Assembly (NCBI RefSeq): GCF_004010195.1
Contig: NC_057718.1
Coordinates: 73,554,234-73,577,690, forward strand
Length of the DNA stretch: 23,457 nt
Direction: 5' to 3'
Source of the DNA: Chiloscyllium plagiosum
Lineage: Eukaryota
Position 1 is the first letter of the stretch, and each line of letters opens with the position of its first letter. Made by a program: the position numbers and the translations under genes. The notes under the pieces were generated by a model that did not search any database, was not told where the DNA came from, and was given only the letters and a program-made list of their open reading frames with translations. This document shows, in pieces, positions 8,357-19,080 of this stretch.

Positions 8357-11081
8357 GAAGCTGATGAGGATGTTAGTATCTCAGAGGAGTGCAGTCAGAG
8401 CTAAGCTTCTGGCATCTCAAGTAACTTGACTGCAGGGGGGAGGAATAAAAAAGAATGAGCTGTTATGTTAAGGGATTCTTTAGTCAGGGAGCAGCTCAGC
8501 ATTTCTGTGGCCAAAGACATGAACTCGGTTTGGTGTGTTGCCTCACTGGTGTCAAGGTCAGGGCACCTTGAAAGGCAAGGATAATGAGTTAGAGATTGTG
8601 GTACATGTTTACACCAATGATATGGGCAAAGTAAGCAATGAGGTCCTGTAATAAGAATTCAGGGAGCTAGGCAGTAGTTTAAACCTTGACTTCAATGGTT
8701 GTGATCTCTGGATTACTCCTAGCGCCACATACTAGCAAGTATTGAAATAAGAAAATAGGGCCAATGAATGCATGGCTTATTCCTGGATCATTGGTATCGT
8801 TTTTGTGGAAAGATGGACGTGTACTAACCGAATGGTCTGCACCTGAACCACACTGGGGTAAATTCCTTGCAGATAGATTTGCTCGTGCGGGACTGAGACG
8901 ATTTTAAACTAGTCTGACAGTTGCAGGGGGCGGGGGGCGCACAGAATATTGCTGAAATGAAGACAGTTCATGCTGCAACAAAGGAAGCAAGTCAGAGTGA
9001 GTTCATCTATGTTGAATGTCAGGGAAGTAAGACAAGGCTGGATGATCTTTAAATTAACGCTAGAGTGTAATAGGTAAGACTGATGAGTTCAAAGTGTGGA
9101 TTGACACGAGTGTGATATTGTTGCTATCACAGAAACATTGTTGAGGGAAGGGCACGATTGGCAACTCAACATTCTGGGCTATAGAATCTTTAGGCAAGAC
9201 AGAGGAGGATGTAAAATGGGTGGAGGAGTAACACTATTAATTAAGGAGTAAACTACTGCAATAAGGAGAAATGATATCTTGAAAGGGTCTTCAAATGAGG
9301 TTTTGTGGTTAGAACTTAGGAATGCTAAGGGGAGTGCATTATAGTGCCCCAAAGAGTTGGCAGGAAACAGAGGTGTATAAATGTAATATTTGGGTGTAAT
9401 ACTGGGGAATTTCAACTTTCCTAACATAAATGGTAATAGTTAAGGGTTTAGAAGGGGTGGATTCCTTGAAATGCGTTCAGGAAGTTTTTTAGTATCAATA
9501 TGCAGAATCCCAACAAGGGATGGCACAGTCCTGGATCTGGTTCTGTGGAATGAAACCGTTCAACTTTTCAATGTGGCAATGGGGGATTATTTTAGCGATA
9601 ATGACCGCAATATGGTATGGTTCAAATTTGTTCTGGACAAGGAGAAAAATGGCCTGCAAAAGATGATTTTGGATAGCGAGAAGGCAGATTTTATTAAAAT
9701 AAAGCAGGATCTGGCCAAAGTTGACTGAGAAAAGCTCCTTGTGGGTAAATCTATGATGGCACCAGTCAGAAGCATTCAAAAAAACAAGTGGGGAGAATAC
9801 AGGTCCAATATGTACCCTCTAGGCGGATGTAAAGATGCAATAAGTTCAGGGAAACCAGGATATCTAGGACAATTCAGGACAGGATGAAGAAGGAAAGGGC
9901 TTTTAGCAAGTCCAAAGGGAGCAATTCAATTGAGGCCTCAAAGAATATAGGCAGTGCAAGAGGAACTTAAGAAAGCAATTGGAAGAGCATAAAAGGGGCA
10001 TGATTTATGAATAAGATTAAGGAGAATCCTAAGATATTTCATACATACATTAAAGGGAAGAGGTTAATCAGAGAAAGAATAGGACCCCATTAGGGATGCA
10101 GGCAATAATCTGTGTGAAGCCACAGGATATTGGACGTGAATGCTTCTCTTTGGTTTTCAATGTAGAAAGGGAGAATATAGGTATGGAATTCAGGAAATGG
10201 GACTGAAAGGAACTTGCACAGTTTGACTTAGGAAATGGGGATGTATTGGAAGCTCTGATGGGACTAAAAATGGAAAACTCCCCTGGCCCAGATGAATTGG
10301 ATCCCAAACTGCTGTGGAAGTTGAGGCAGGAAATTGCAGATGCTCTGATGCAAGTTTTTAATTCCTCTCTGGCCAGAGGACTGGAGAACAGCTAATGTGT
10401 TTCCACTTTTTAAGAAAGGTGGCAGAGATGAATCAGGAAATTTACAAACTGGTGAGTCTCATGCTAGTGTTAGGAAAACTATTAAAATTCTGAAGGGAAG
10501 AATTAATTCCCACTCAAAAAGGCACAGATTAACCTTGTCTCAGTCAAATCCATCATGAACTCGGATTTCACCAGTTTCCTCATTTCCCCTCCCCCCACCT
10601 TGTCTCAGTCAAATCCATCAACCAACCCAACCACCCTGTGGCTCAACACTTTAACTCCCCTTCCCACTCCACCAAGGATATGCAGGTCTTTGGACTCCTC
10701 CATCGCCAGACCACAACAACATGACGGTTGGAGGAAGAGCGCCTCATCTTCCACCTAGGAACCCTCCAACCACAAGGGATGAACTCGGATTTCACCAGTT
10801 TCCTCATTTCCCCGCTCCCCACCTTGTCTCAGTCAAATCCATCTCTCAAACAGATTAATTAAGGATAGGCAACATGTCTTTGTCAGAGGGAGGTCATGCC
10901 TAACAAATTTGCTAGAATGTTTGAAAATGTCATCAAGAGTGTGGATGTTGAAAGTTCAGTTGATGTAGTTTATATGAATTTTAGCAAAGCTTTTGACAAG
11001 GTACCATATGGGAGATTGATTGAGAAGGATAAAGCACATGGAATTCAGAGGAATATGGCAAGATGAATCAGAAATTGACTG
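8357..11081 (+). mobile_element. CR1 LINE with ORF1 SGNH/GDSL-esterase remnant and ORF2 APE + N-terminal RT, heavily decayed
   Basis: ORF1-like motifs DSLVR, LVCCLTG, VVHVYTND, VISGLL, GLHLN (8470-8880). APE motifs DIVAITET, GYRIFRQDR...GGGV, PTRDGTVLDLVL. RT motifs SPGPDE (~10279) and VDVVYMNFSKAFDKVP (~10959). Confidence 0.9.
10533..10849 (+). mobile_element. Penelope-like insertion: three 3'-coterminal copies of an endonuclease C-terminal segment, 9-bp TSD
   Basis: Translation NQPNHPVAQHFNSPSHS...LEEERLIFHLGTLQPQGMNSDF resembles the PLE GIY-YIG C-terminus. acagattaa at 10524-10532 and 10850-10858. Confidence 0.85.
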
Positions 11082-11700
11082 GGTGCTGAACATTGTGCAA
11101 TCACTAGGGAATACCCCCACTTTTGAACTTATGATTGAAGAATAGTCATTGATGAAGTAGCTGAAGACAACTGATCCAAGTGCACAACCCTGAGGGACTC
11201 CTGCAGTGATATGTTGAAACTGAGCTGATTGACTTCCATGTTTGGCATCCAACAACTGCAATAATCAATCTTTGTGCTAGTTAAGACTCCAACCAATGGA
11301 AAGTTTTCAACCTGATTCCCGACTCCAGTTTCGCTAGTGCTCTTTTATGCAAAACTTGGCTGAAAAATGCCTTAATGTCAAGGGCATTCACTGACATTAT
11401 CTCTGGAATTTATTTCTTTTGTCTACGTTTGGGCAAGGGATGTAATGAGGTCAGAATCCAAGTGGCCCTCATGGAACAAGCTTCAGCATCATTGAGCAGG
11501 TTATTGCTAAGCAAGCAACACTCAGCGGCACTGTTGACAACCATCTCTATAATTTAAATGATCGAGAATAGATTGATGAGGCAGCAATTAGCAGAACTGG
11601 ACTTTTCACACCTTTTGTCGAGAGGTCAAAGCTATGTGATTTTCTCCATTACCTGAAGATGTAGCTGATTTAGAACAGCTTGACTACAAATGTGGCAAGT
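11082..11700 (-). mobile_element. LINE-B RT fragment
   Basis: ORF 10956-11261 contains ITAGVPQGCALGSVVFSYFIND...DCTMFST. Homologous to ~17330-17870. Confidence 0.8.
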
Positions 11701-12958
11701 TCTGAACAAGCAAAGAACAAAGAATCTCGCAGCACAGGAACACGCCCTTTGGCCCTCCAAGCCTGTACCAATCCATATCCTCTGGCTAAACCTGTCACCT
11801 ATTTTCTAAGAATCTGTATCCCTTTGCTCCCTGCCCATTCATGTATCTGTCTAGATACATCTTAAATGATGCTATCTTTCCTGCCCCTACCACCTCTGCT
11901 AGCAATGCCTTCCAGACACCCATCACCCTCTGCGTGAAGAACTTTCCACACATATTTCCCCTAAATGTTTTCTCTCTCACTTTGAACTCGTGGCTCTTAG
12001 TAATTGAGTCCTCCACTCTGGGGGAAAAGCTGCTTGCTATCCACCTGTCTATGCCTCTCATGATTTTGTAGGCCTCAATCAGGTCCACCCTCAACGTCCT
12101 TCTTTCCAATGAAAATAATCCTAATCTACTCAACATCTCCTCATAGCTTGTACCCTCCGTACCAGGCAACATCCTGGTGAACCTCCTCTGCACTCTCTCC
12201 AAAGTATCCACATCTTTTTGGTAATGCAACCAGAACTTGTACGCAGTATTCCAAATGTGGCCAAACCAAAGTCTTATACAACCCTAACTTGAACTGCCAA
12301 CTCTTGTACCCAATACCCTTGTCCGATGAAGGAAAACATGCCGTGTACCTTCTTGACCACTCTTTTGACCTGCGTTGCCACCTTCAGGGAACAATGGACC
12401 TGAACACCCAAATATCTCTGCACATCAATTTTCCCCAGGACTTTTCCATTTACTACACAATTCGCTCTTGGATTGGATCTTCCAAAATGTATCACTCGCA
12501 TTTGTCCAGGTTGAACTCCATCTGCTTTTTCTCTGCCCAACTCTCCAATCTATCTATATTCTACTGTAATCTCTGACAGTCCCCTTCACTCTCTGCTACT
12601 CCACCGATCCTAGTGTCATCTACAAACTTGCTAATGAGGCAACCTACACCTTCTTCAAATCATTTATGTATATCACAAACAACAGTGGTCCCAGCCCGGA
12701 TCCCTGTGGGACACCACTGGTCACAGGTGTCCATTTTGAGAAGCTCCCTTCCTCTACTACTCTCTGTCTCCTGTTGCCCAACCAGCTGTCTATCCATCTA
12801 GCTAGAACACCCTGGACACCATGCGACTTCACTTTCTTCATCAGCCTACCATGGGGAACCTTATCAAACACCTTACTAAAGTCCATGTATATGACATCTC
12901 CATCCCTTCATCAAGCAACTTTGTTGTGGTTCTGTTCGCCGAGCTGGGAATTTGTGTT

Positions 12959-12998
12959 GCAGATGTTTCATCCCCTGTCTAGGTGACATCCTCAGTGC
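12959..12998 (-). ncRNA. Hammerhead ribozyme motif, CpG-decayed copy (sense to the PLE ORF)
   Basis: Reverse complement reads gca CTGAGGA t gtc a cct agac agg g gat GAAA c atc tgc. It differs from the 14249 copy by two CpG-type transitions. Confidence 0.7.
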
Positions 12999-13228
12999 TT
13001 GGGAGCCTCCTGTGAAGCACTTCTGTGATGTTTCCTCCGGCATTTATAGTGGTTTGTCTCTGCCGCTTCCGGTTGTCAGTTCCAGCTTTCCACTGCAGTG
13101 GCCGGTATATTGGGTCCAGGTCGATGTGCTTGTTAATAGAATCAGTGGATGAGTGCCATGCCTCTAGGAATTCCCTGGCTGTTCTCTGTTTGGCTTGTCC
13201 TATAATAGTAGTGTACACTACGTTGGAT

Positions 13229-14167
13229 TTACTCATGCTGGGTATCGGGTCCTTTGTCCTGGTGAGTTGTTGTCTGAGTGAAATTGCAGGGGTATCCGTT
13301 TTTGGCGAATACATTGTAGAGGTGTTCTTCTTCCTCTTTTTGCAGTTCTGGTGTGCTGCAGTGTGTTGTGGCCCTTTTGAACAGTGTCTTTATGCAACTT
13401 CTTTTGTGTGTGTTGGGGTGGTTGCTTTCGTAGTTCAGGACTTGGTCTGTGTGTGTGGTTTTCCTGTATACCTTTGTGGTGAATTCTCCATTCGGTATTC
13501 TCTGTCCTATCATGTCTAGGAATGGAAGTTGGTTGTCCTTTTCTTCCTCTCCAGTGAATCTGATTCCTGTGAGTGTGGCATTGATGATCCAGTGTGCATT
13601 TTCTATTTCTGTGTTTTTAATTATTACAAAGGTGTCATCTACATATCTGACCCAGAGTTTGGGTTGAATTTGCGCTAAGACTGTTTGTTCCAATCTTTGC
13701 ATTGCCGCTTCTGCTATGAGTCCAGAGATGGGTGAGCCGTTGATTTGTTCATATATTTGGTTGTTGAATGTGAAGTGTGTTGTGAGGCTCCGGTCCAGTA
13801 GTTTGAGTATGCAGTCTTTGTTGATAGGTTCCTCGTCTTGTTGTCTGTTCTGTATGCCCAGCAGGTTGGCTACTGTTTCTCTGGCTAGGGTTTTGTCAAT
13901 AGAGGTGAACAGTGCCGTTACATCGAATGAGACCATAGCTTCTTCCTTGTCTATATGTATATTTCTAATGATGTCCAAGAATTCCTGTGTTGACTGTATA
14001 GAGTGTCTGGATCCGCTGATCAGGTGTTTCAGTTTCTGTTGTAGTTCTTTAGCCAGTTTGTGTGATGGTGTCCCTGGTAGCGATACGATGGGTCTGAGTG
14101 GGATGTCTGGTTTGTGCACTTTAGGTAGTCCATAGAATCTGGGGGTGGTGTTATTTTCAGGTTTCAT
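13229..14167 (-). pseudogene. Penelope-type reverse transcriptase, 312-aa open fragment with internal deletions
   Basis: PRFYGLPKVHK, PLRPIVS, SFDVTALFTSI, WVRYVDDTF, LPFLD, VYRKTTHTDQVLNYESNHP. Motif B shortened (QINGSPIS, lacking the usual TPMG). GIY-YIG core missing downstream. Confidence 0.9.
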
Positions 14168-14248
14168 TCTCTGCAGGTCATTCTCTGTCGGAGGGAACTA
14201 TAAATGCCGGATGAAACATCACAGAAGTGCTTCACAGGAGGCTCCCAA

Positions 14249-14288
14249 GCACTGAGGATGTCACCTAGACAGGGGACGAAACGTCTGC
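14249..14288 (+). ncRNA. Minimal type I hammerhead ribozyme, intact core
   Basis: Stem I gca/tgc; CTGAGGA 14252-14258; extra T; stem II gtc-a-cct(agac)agg-g-gac; GAAA 14278-14281; palindromic ACGT stem III; GUC cleavage triplet ending at 14285. Confidence 0.85.
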
Positions 14289-14604
14289 AACACAAATTCC
14301 CAGCTCGGCGAACAGAACCACAACAACAAGCACCCGAGCTACAAATCTTCTCACAAACTTTGATCTACCAATTTGTTACCTCTTCAAAGAATTCTATAAG
14401 ACATAACCTTCCCTTCTGGATTAAGTGTCTTCAGTAAAATTGCCAGACTGTTGTCAGAAGCCACCATCTTTGCAGTATTACCTGGCTTTAGCAGTTCCTT
14501 GATGAAATGTGGAGTTAATCAAATTGACTGAAGACTGGCAACTATGGAATAGGGCAAGTTGGATTATTCATTTGTCACTTCTGATGGATATAAATGCTTC
14601 AACC

Positions 14605-14715
14605 TTGTTTGATTTGATTTATTGTAGTCATGCGTACCTAAGTACAGTGAAAAGCTTTGTTTGCGAGCAATACAGGCAGATCATAGAAAGGAAGGACATA
14701 CAAGTCAAAGTGAGG
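14605..14715 (-). mobile_element. Probable 3' UTR fragment of another LINE family
   Basis: (TTTGA)n-like tail followed by tttatt (AATAAA on the minus strand); clade not assignable. Confidence 0.35.
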
Positions 14716-14726
14716 CTAACTGCACA

Positions 14727-14930
14727 GGGTTAAAAATCCCACAACACCAGGTAAAAGTCCAACAGGTTTAATTGGAAGCACACTAGCTTTCGGAGCGCCG
14801 CTCCTTCATCAAGTGGTTGTGGAGGAAACAATTGTAAGGCACAGAATTAATAGCAAAAGTTTACAGTGTGATGTAACTGAAATTATACATTGAAAAATAC
14901 CTTGATTGTTTGTTGAGTCTTTCATCTGTT
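14727..14930 (-). mobile_element. Penelope-like 3' terminal fragment (further family)
   Basis: Contains a hammerhead motif at 14781-14815 followed by attaaa on the minus strand; same layout as the other PLE termini. Confidence 0.7.
14781..14815 (-). ncRNA. Minimal hammerhead ribozyme motif with C3>U change
   Basis: Reverse complement reads cac TTGATGA a ggagc ggc gctcc GAAA gcta gtg. Stem I cac/gtg, 5-bp stem II, palindromic AGCT stem III, CUA triplet. Confidence 0.75.
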
Positions 14931-15187
14931 CTAATAAAGACTTAGGACTTGGTGCCTGAATTCTGTGGCACCATGCTGCCAATTTATAACCATTTTGAGA
15001 AGTTTCCATTATGTTCAATTCTCTGTTCCCTCTCTTCTCTTTACTTTTAATCTAATTTGCAATCTTAATTTTGTTTCTATATCCCTTAAATCTCTAATAA
15101 TCTCCTTATCTGATACCTTATCCAAGTCTTCCTGACCTTCTTACCTGAAATCTATCTTGACCTGCTCTTATTTAAGAGCAATGCAAT

Positions 15188-16280
15188 TAGAGTCATAGTG
15201 TCATAGAGATGTACAGCATGGAAACAGACCCTTCAGTCCAACCGTCCATCCCGACCAGATATCCCAACCCACCTGCCAGCACCCAGCCCATATCCCTCCA
15301 AACCCTCTGTGTGAAAAAGTTGCCCCTTAGGTCTCTTTTATATCTTTCCCCTCTCACCCTAAACCTATGCCCTCTAGTTCTGGACTCCCTGACCCCAGGG
15401 AAAACACTTTGCCTATTTACCCTATCCATGCCCCTCATGATTTCGTAAACCTCGATAAAGTCACCCCTCAACCTCCGACGCTCCAGGGAAAACAGTCCCA
15501 GCCTGTTCAGCCTCTCTCTACAGCTCAAATCCTCTAACCTGGCAAAATCCTTGTAAATCTTTTCTGAACCCTTTCAAGTTTCACAACATCTTTCCGATAG
15601 GAAGGAGACCAGAATTGCACACAATATTCCAACAGTGACCTAACCAATGTCCTGTACAGCTGCAACATGACCTCCCAACTCCTGTACTCAATACTCTGAT
15701 CAATAAAGGAAAGCATACCAAATGCCTCCTTCACTATCCTATCTATTTGCAACTCCACTTTCAAGGAGCTATGAACATGCATTCTAGGATCTCTTTGTTC
15801 AGCAACACTCCCTAGGACCTTACCATTAAGTGTATAAATCCTGCTAAGATTTGCATTTCCAAAATGCAGCATATCTCATTTATCTGAATTAAACTCCATC
15901 TGCCACTTCTCAGCCCATTGGCCCATCTGATCAAGATCCTGTTGTAATCTGAGGTAACCTTCTTCGCTGTCCAGTACACCTCCAATTTTGGTGTCATCTG
16001 CAAACTTACTAACTATACCTCTTATGCTTACATCCAAATCATTTATGTAAATGACAAAAAGTACAGGACCCAGCACCTTGTGGTACTCCACTGGTCACAG
16101 GCCTCCAGTCTGAAAAACAACCCTCCACCACCACCACCCTCTGTCTTCTACCTTTGAGCCAGTTCTGTATCCAATAGCTAGTTCTCCCTGTATTCCGTGA
16201 GATCTAACCTTGCTAACCAGTGTCCCATAGGGAACCTCGTCGAACGCCTTACTGAAGTCCATATACATCACATCTACTGG
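15188..16280 (-). mobile_element. CR1 LINE 3' fragment, relatively young
   Basis: [46 protein letters not shown]. (GAGTCATA)-type tail at 15188-15210. Confidence 0.95.
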
Positions 16281-16284
16281 CTAC

Positions 16285-16430
16285 TGTTTATTTCTCAACC
16301 AACATCACTAAAATAGAATATCTGAGCAGTTACTGCTGTTGTGCAACCTTGCTTTGAACAAATTGGTTACCTCATTTCACACACTACAACGGTATGAATG
16401 CACTTAAATCATATAGGGACTTCCTGAGAG
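16285..16430 (+). mobile_element. Decayed DeuSINE-like (SacSINE1/AmnSINE1-like) 3' fragment
   Basis: ctcaaccaacatcactaaaa...tgctgttgtg...cttgct...aaattgg...ctacaac matches my recollection of this SINE body; not verified by search. Confidence 0.5.
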
Positions 16431-17092
16431 AGATTATTTTAAATTCATTCATGGGATGTTGACGTTGTCAGATAGACCAACATGTATTGACCATCCCTAA
16501 TTGCCCTGGAGAAGGTGATGATGAGCCACCTTTTTGAACTGCTGCATTCTTGATGTGTAGTGACACCAACAGGTCTGTTAGTAAGGAAGATTTTTATCCA
16601 GCAACAGTCCAGTAACGGTATTCCAGCTCCAAGTCAGGATGGTGTTTGACTTGGAGGCAAACTTACAGATGGTGGTACCCCCGTGCATCTACTGCCCTGT
16701 TCTTCTAGATAGTTGAGGTCATGGACTTGGAAGGTGCTATCAGGCGAGCCTTGGTGAGTTACTAGAATGAATCTTGTAAATGTTGTACATTGCTGCCACT
16801 GTGTGATAGTGCTTTGTCCTGGATGGTGTCAAGTTTCTTGACTGTGTTGAAGCTGCACTCATCCAGGCTAGTGGAGAGCACATTCCTGAATTCTGCCATG
16901 TGGACAGACTTTGGGGAAACTGGAGTTTAGTTAATTGCTGCAGAATTCCTAACTGCTGACCTGCTCTTGTCATTACAGTATTGATATGGCTGATCCAGTT
17001 CAGTTCTTGATCAGTGGTAACCCAGAATGTTGACACTGGAGGATTTAGTGGTAGCAATGCCATTGAGCATAACGGAGTGATGGTTAGATTCT

Positions 17093-17206
17093 CCGGGTGC
17101 TGGCAGGTGGGACTAGATTGATTTGGGATATCTGGTCAGCATGGATGTGTTGGCCCAAAGGGTCTGTTTCCATGCTGTACATTTCTATGACTTTATGACT
17201 CTATGA
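17093..17206 (+). mobile_element. CR1 3' UTR/tail fragment inserted in LINE-B
   Basis: Near reverse complement of 20940-21050; ends in (TATGACTC)n. Confidence 0.9.
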
Positions 17207-17539
17207 TCAATGCCTGGCACTTGTGCAGTGTGAATGTTACTTACCAATTATCAGCCCAAGTCTGGATGTTGTCCAAGTTTAGCTGCATATGAACGTGGAC
17301 TACTTCATTATCTGAATTGTCATAAGTGGTGCTGAACAATTCAGTGAGCATCTTCTATTCTGAGTTCATTATGGAAGGAAGGTTATTGATAAATCAACCA
17401 AACTTTGTAGGGCATACCACACTAAGTTGAGGAACACCTGCCAACCACAGTCATTGTCTCTGCTAGTTGAAATTGTATTGAGCACAGAGAGTTTTTGCCT
17501 GACTCTGATTGAGTTCAGTTTGCTAGGGCTCCTTGATAT

Positions 17540-17672
17540 TCGGAAGAAGGGTCAGTGGACCTGAACTGTTAACTTTGCTTTCTCTCCACAGATGTTGCCA
17601 GACCTGCTGAATTTTCCTAGCACTTTTTGTTTTTGTTTCTGATTTTCAGCCTCTGCAGTACTTTGTTTTTTT
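17540..17672 (+). mobile_element. Short Penelope-like 3' terminal fragment with 11-bp TSD and decayed hammerhead
   Basis: TSD ctccttgatat at 17529-17539 and 17673-17683. Starts tcggaagaagggtcagtggacctgaactgttaac (decayed core around a ggtc/gacc stem). Confidence 0.8.
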
Positions 17673-18371
17673 CTCCTTGATATCATACTTGATGATATGC
17701 TGGCTTGATGCTTGGAAGGACTGTTGACAATCTTTGACACCAATTAGCTGATAGGACAATCATTGGCTAGGCTGGATCTGTCCTGATTTTTGTGCACAAG
17801 ACATATCTGAGCATTTTGTCACATTGTTGGGTAGATGCTAGTGTTGTAGCTCTACTAGTATAGCTTGGTGAGTGACTCAGCTGATTCTTTAATAGAGCAC
17901 AAGTCTTCAATGCTTTTGCCGGATTTTTGTCAGAGTCCATAGGCTTTGTAGTATCCAGTGCATTCAGCCATTTTTGATATCAAATGAAGTGAATCAGCTT
18001 GGCTGCGACCTGGCATCTTTCCTTCTAGTGGTCTTATGTAGAAACCAAGGTAGATCATTCACTCAATACGTTTGGCTGAAAATGGTTTCAAATACTTAAT
18101 ACGTTTGCACTGTTGTGGTTGGTCCACCATAATTGAGGTATAGGATATTTGCGAAACCTCCACTTTTTAGTTGCTTGATTGTCCAATATAGTTCATGACC
18201 AGATGTGGCAGGACTCAGAGCTTAAATCTGATCCATTTAATTATATGATTACTCAGCCTTGTCTATTGCTTGCTGCTTCCACTGTTTGACAAGTAAACAG
18301 TATTGTAGCTTCACTGGTTTAGAATGTCTGGTTCTGCCTCTACAGACCCTCATGAACTTTTTAGTTTGAGT

Positions 18372-19078
18372 TGTTATGGAGGTGTAAGGGGTACTGTACC
18401 TTTAAGAAAGTTGAAATTTAGCAAGGACTTAGACAAGCACACAGGGTGCTGAAGAATTTATGATGTAACTTTTGGTTCAGAACAGCTAGCACTGGCTAGG
18501 TTGCCTGGAGACAAAAACAAATTCAAATTTGGCCAATTAGTTTAAATTATACCCCAAAATACCAACCTCCAATCAAGTTTGAATTTAAGATATTAACAAT
18601 ATTAAAGCCAATGAAATGATCTGATGCTTTGGGGTATAAGACTGGGAAGAATTAAACACTTGAAGGGAGAACTGTCAAGCCACCAGCATGTACAGACTGC
18701 CCAACATACGACTTTCTTAAAGGTACCTTTATTTATCAATAGCCTGTGAAACAGAAATCCCTAAGAAGAAGAAAATCTACAGAGGGAGATACCGTGGGAA
18801 GATTCAACAGCTGCCTGGTTTTGAAATTTGAGTTTTTGCTAAATCTTACTCAGGGGTTTTATTGGACTTGTATTATAGAAGGGAAAGTAGGTTAGAGGAA
18901 GGAGTTGTGAATAGTTATTAGTTAATTATCCTCTGTTGTACTTTAAGTAATAAAGTTGTTAATTTTTACCTTAAATAGTTCTTGGCTTCTTGAATTTTAA
19001 TAGATTACCACACAGGGTAAATTTTTTCTGTGTTGCTGGTTTAAGTTAGCAGGGGAGGGTTTACCCTGTGTCATAACA
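18372..19078 (+). mobile_element. Solo LTR (707 bp), probably Gypsy-type
   Basis: Inverted termini TGTTATG...CATAACA. 4-bp flanks gagt (18368-18371) / aagt (19230-19233, after the duplicated terminus). CCAAT at 18533, 18569 and 18608; TATAAG at 18635; AATAAA at 18949. Confidence 0.85.
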
Positions 19079-19080
19079 AA

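Larger units (their letters stand above)
12921..14363 (-). mobile_element. Penelope-like element, 5'-truncated, with 130-bp inverted terminal repeats
   Basis: RT ORF 13229-14167. 12921-13050 is the reverse complement of 14197-14326; the right arm extends to ~14363. Confidence 0.95.
11706..14415 (-). mobile_element. CR1 LINE (RT + 3' tail), split by the Penelope insertion at 12921-14363
   Basis: [46 protein letters not shown]. Tail aacaagcaaagaacaaagaa at ~11706. CR1 sequence resumes at ~14361-14415. Confidence 0.92.

Noticed and set aside
8361..8400. CTGATGA hammerhead-like core
   Set aside because: No stem II followed by GAAA and no stem I partner.
13025..14135. Plus-strand ORFs of 164, 72 and 139 aa
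   Set aside because: Antisense shadows of the Penelope RT frame.
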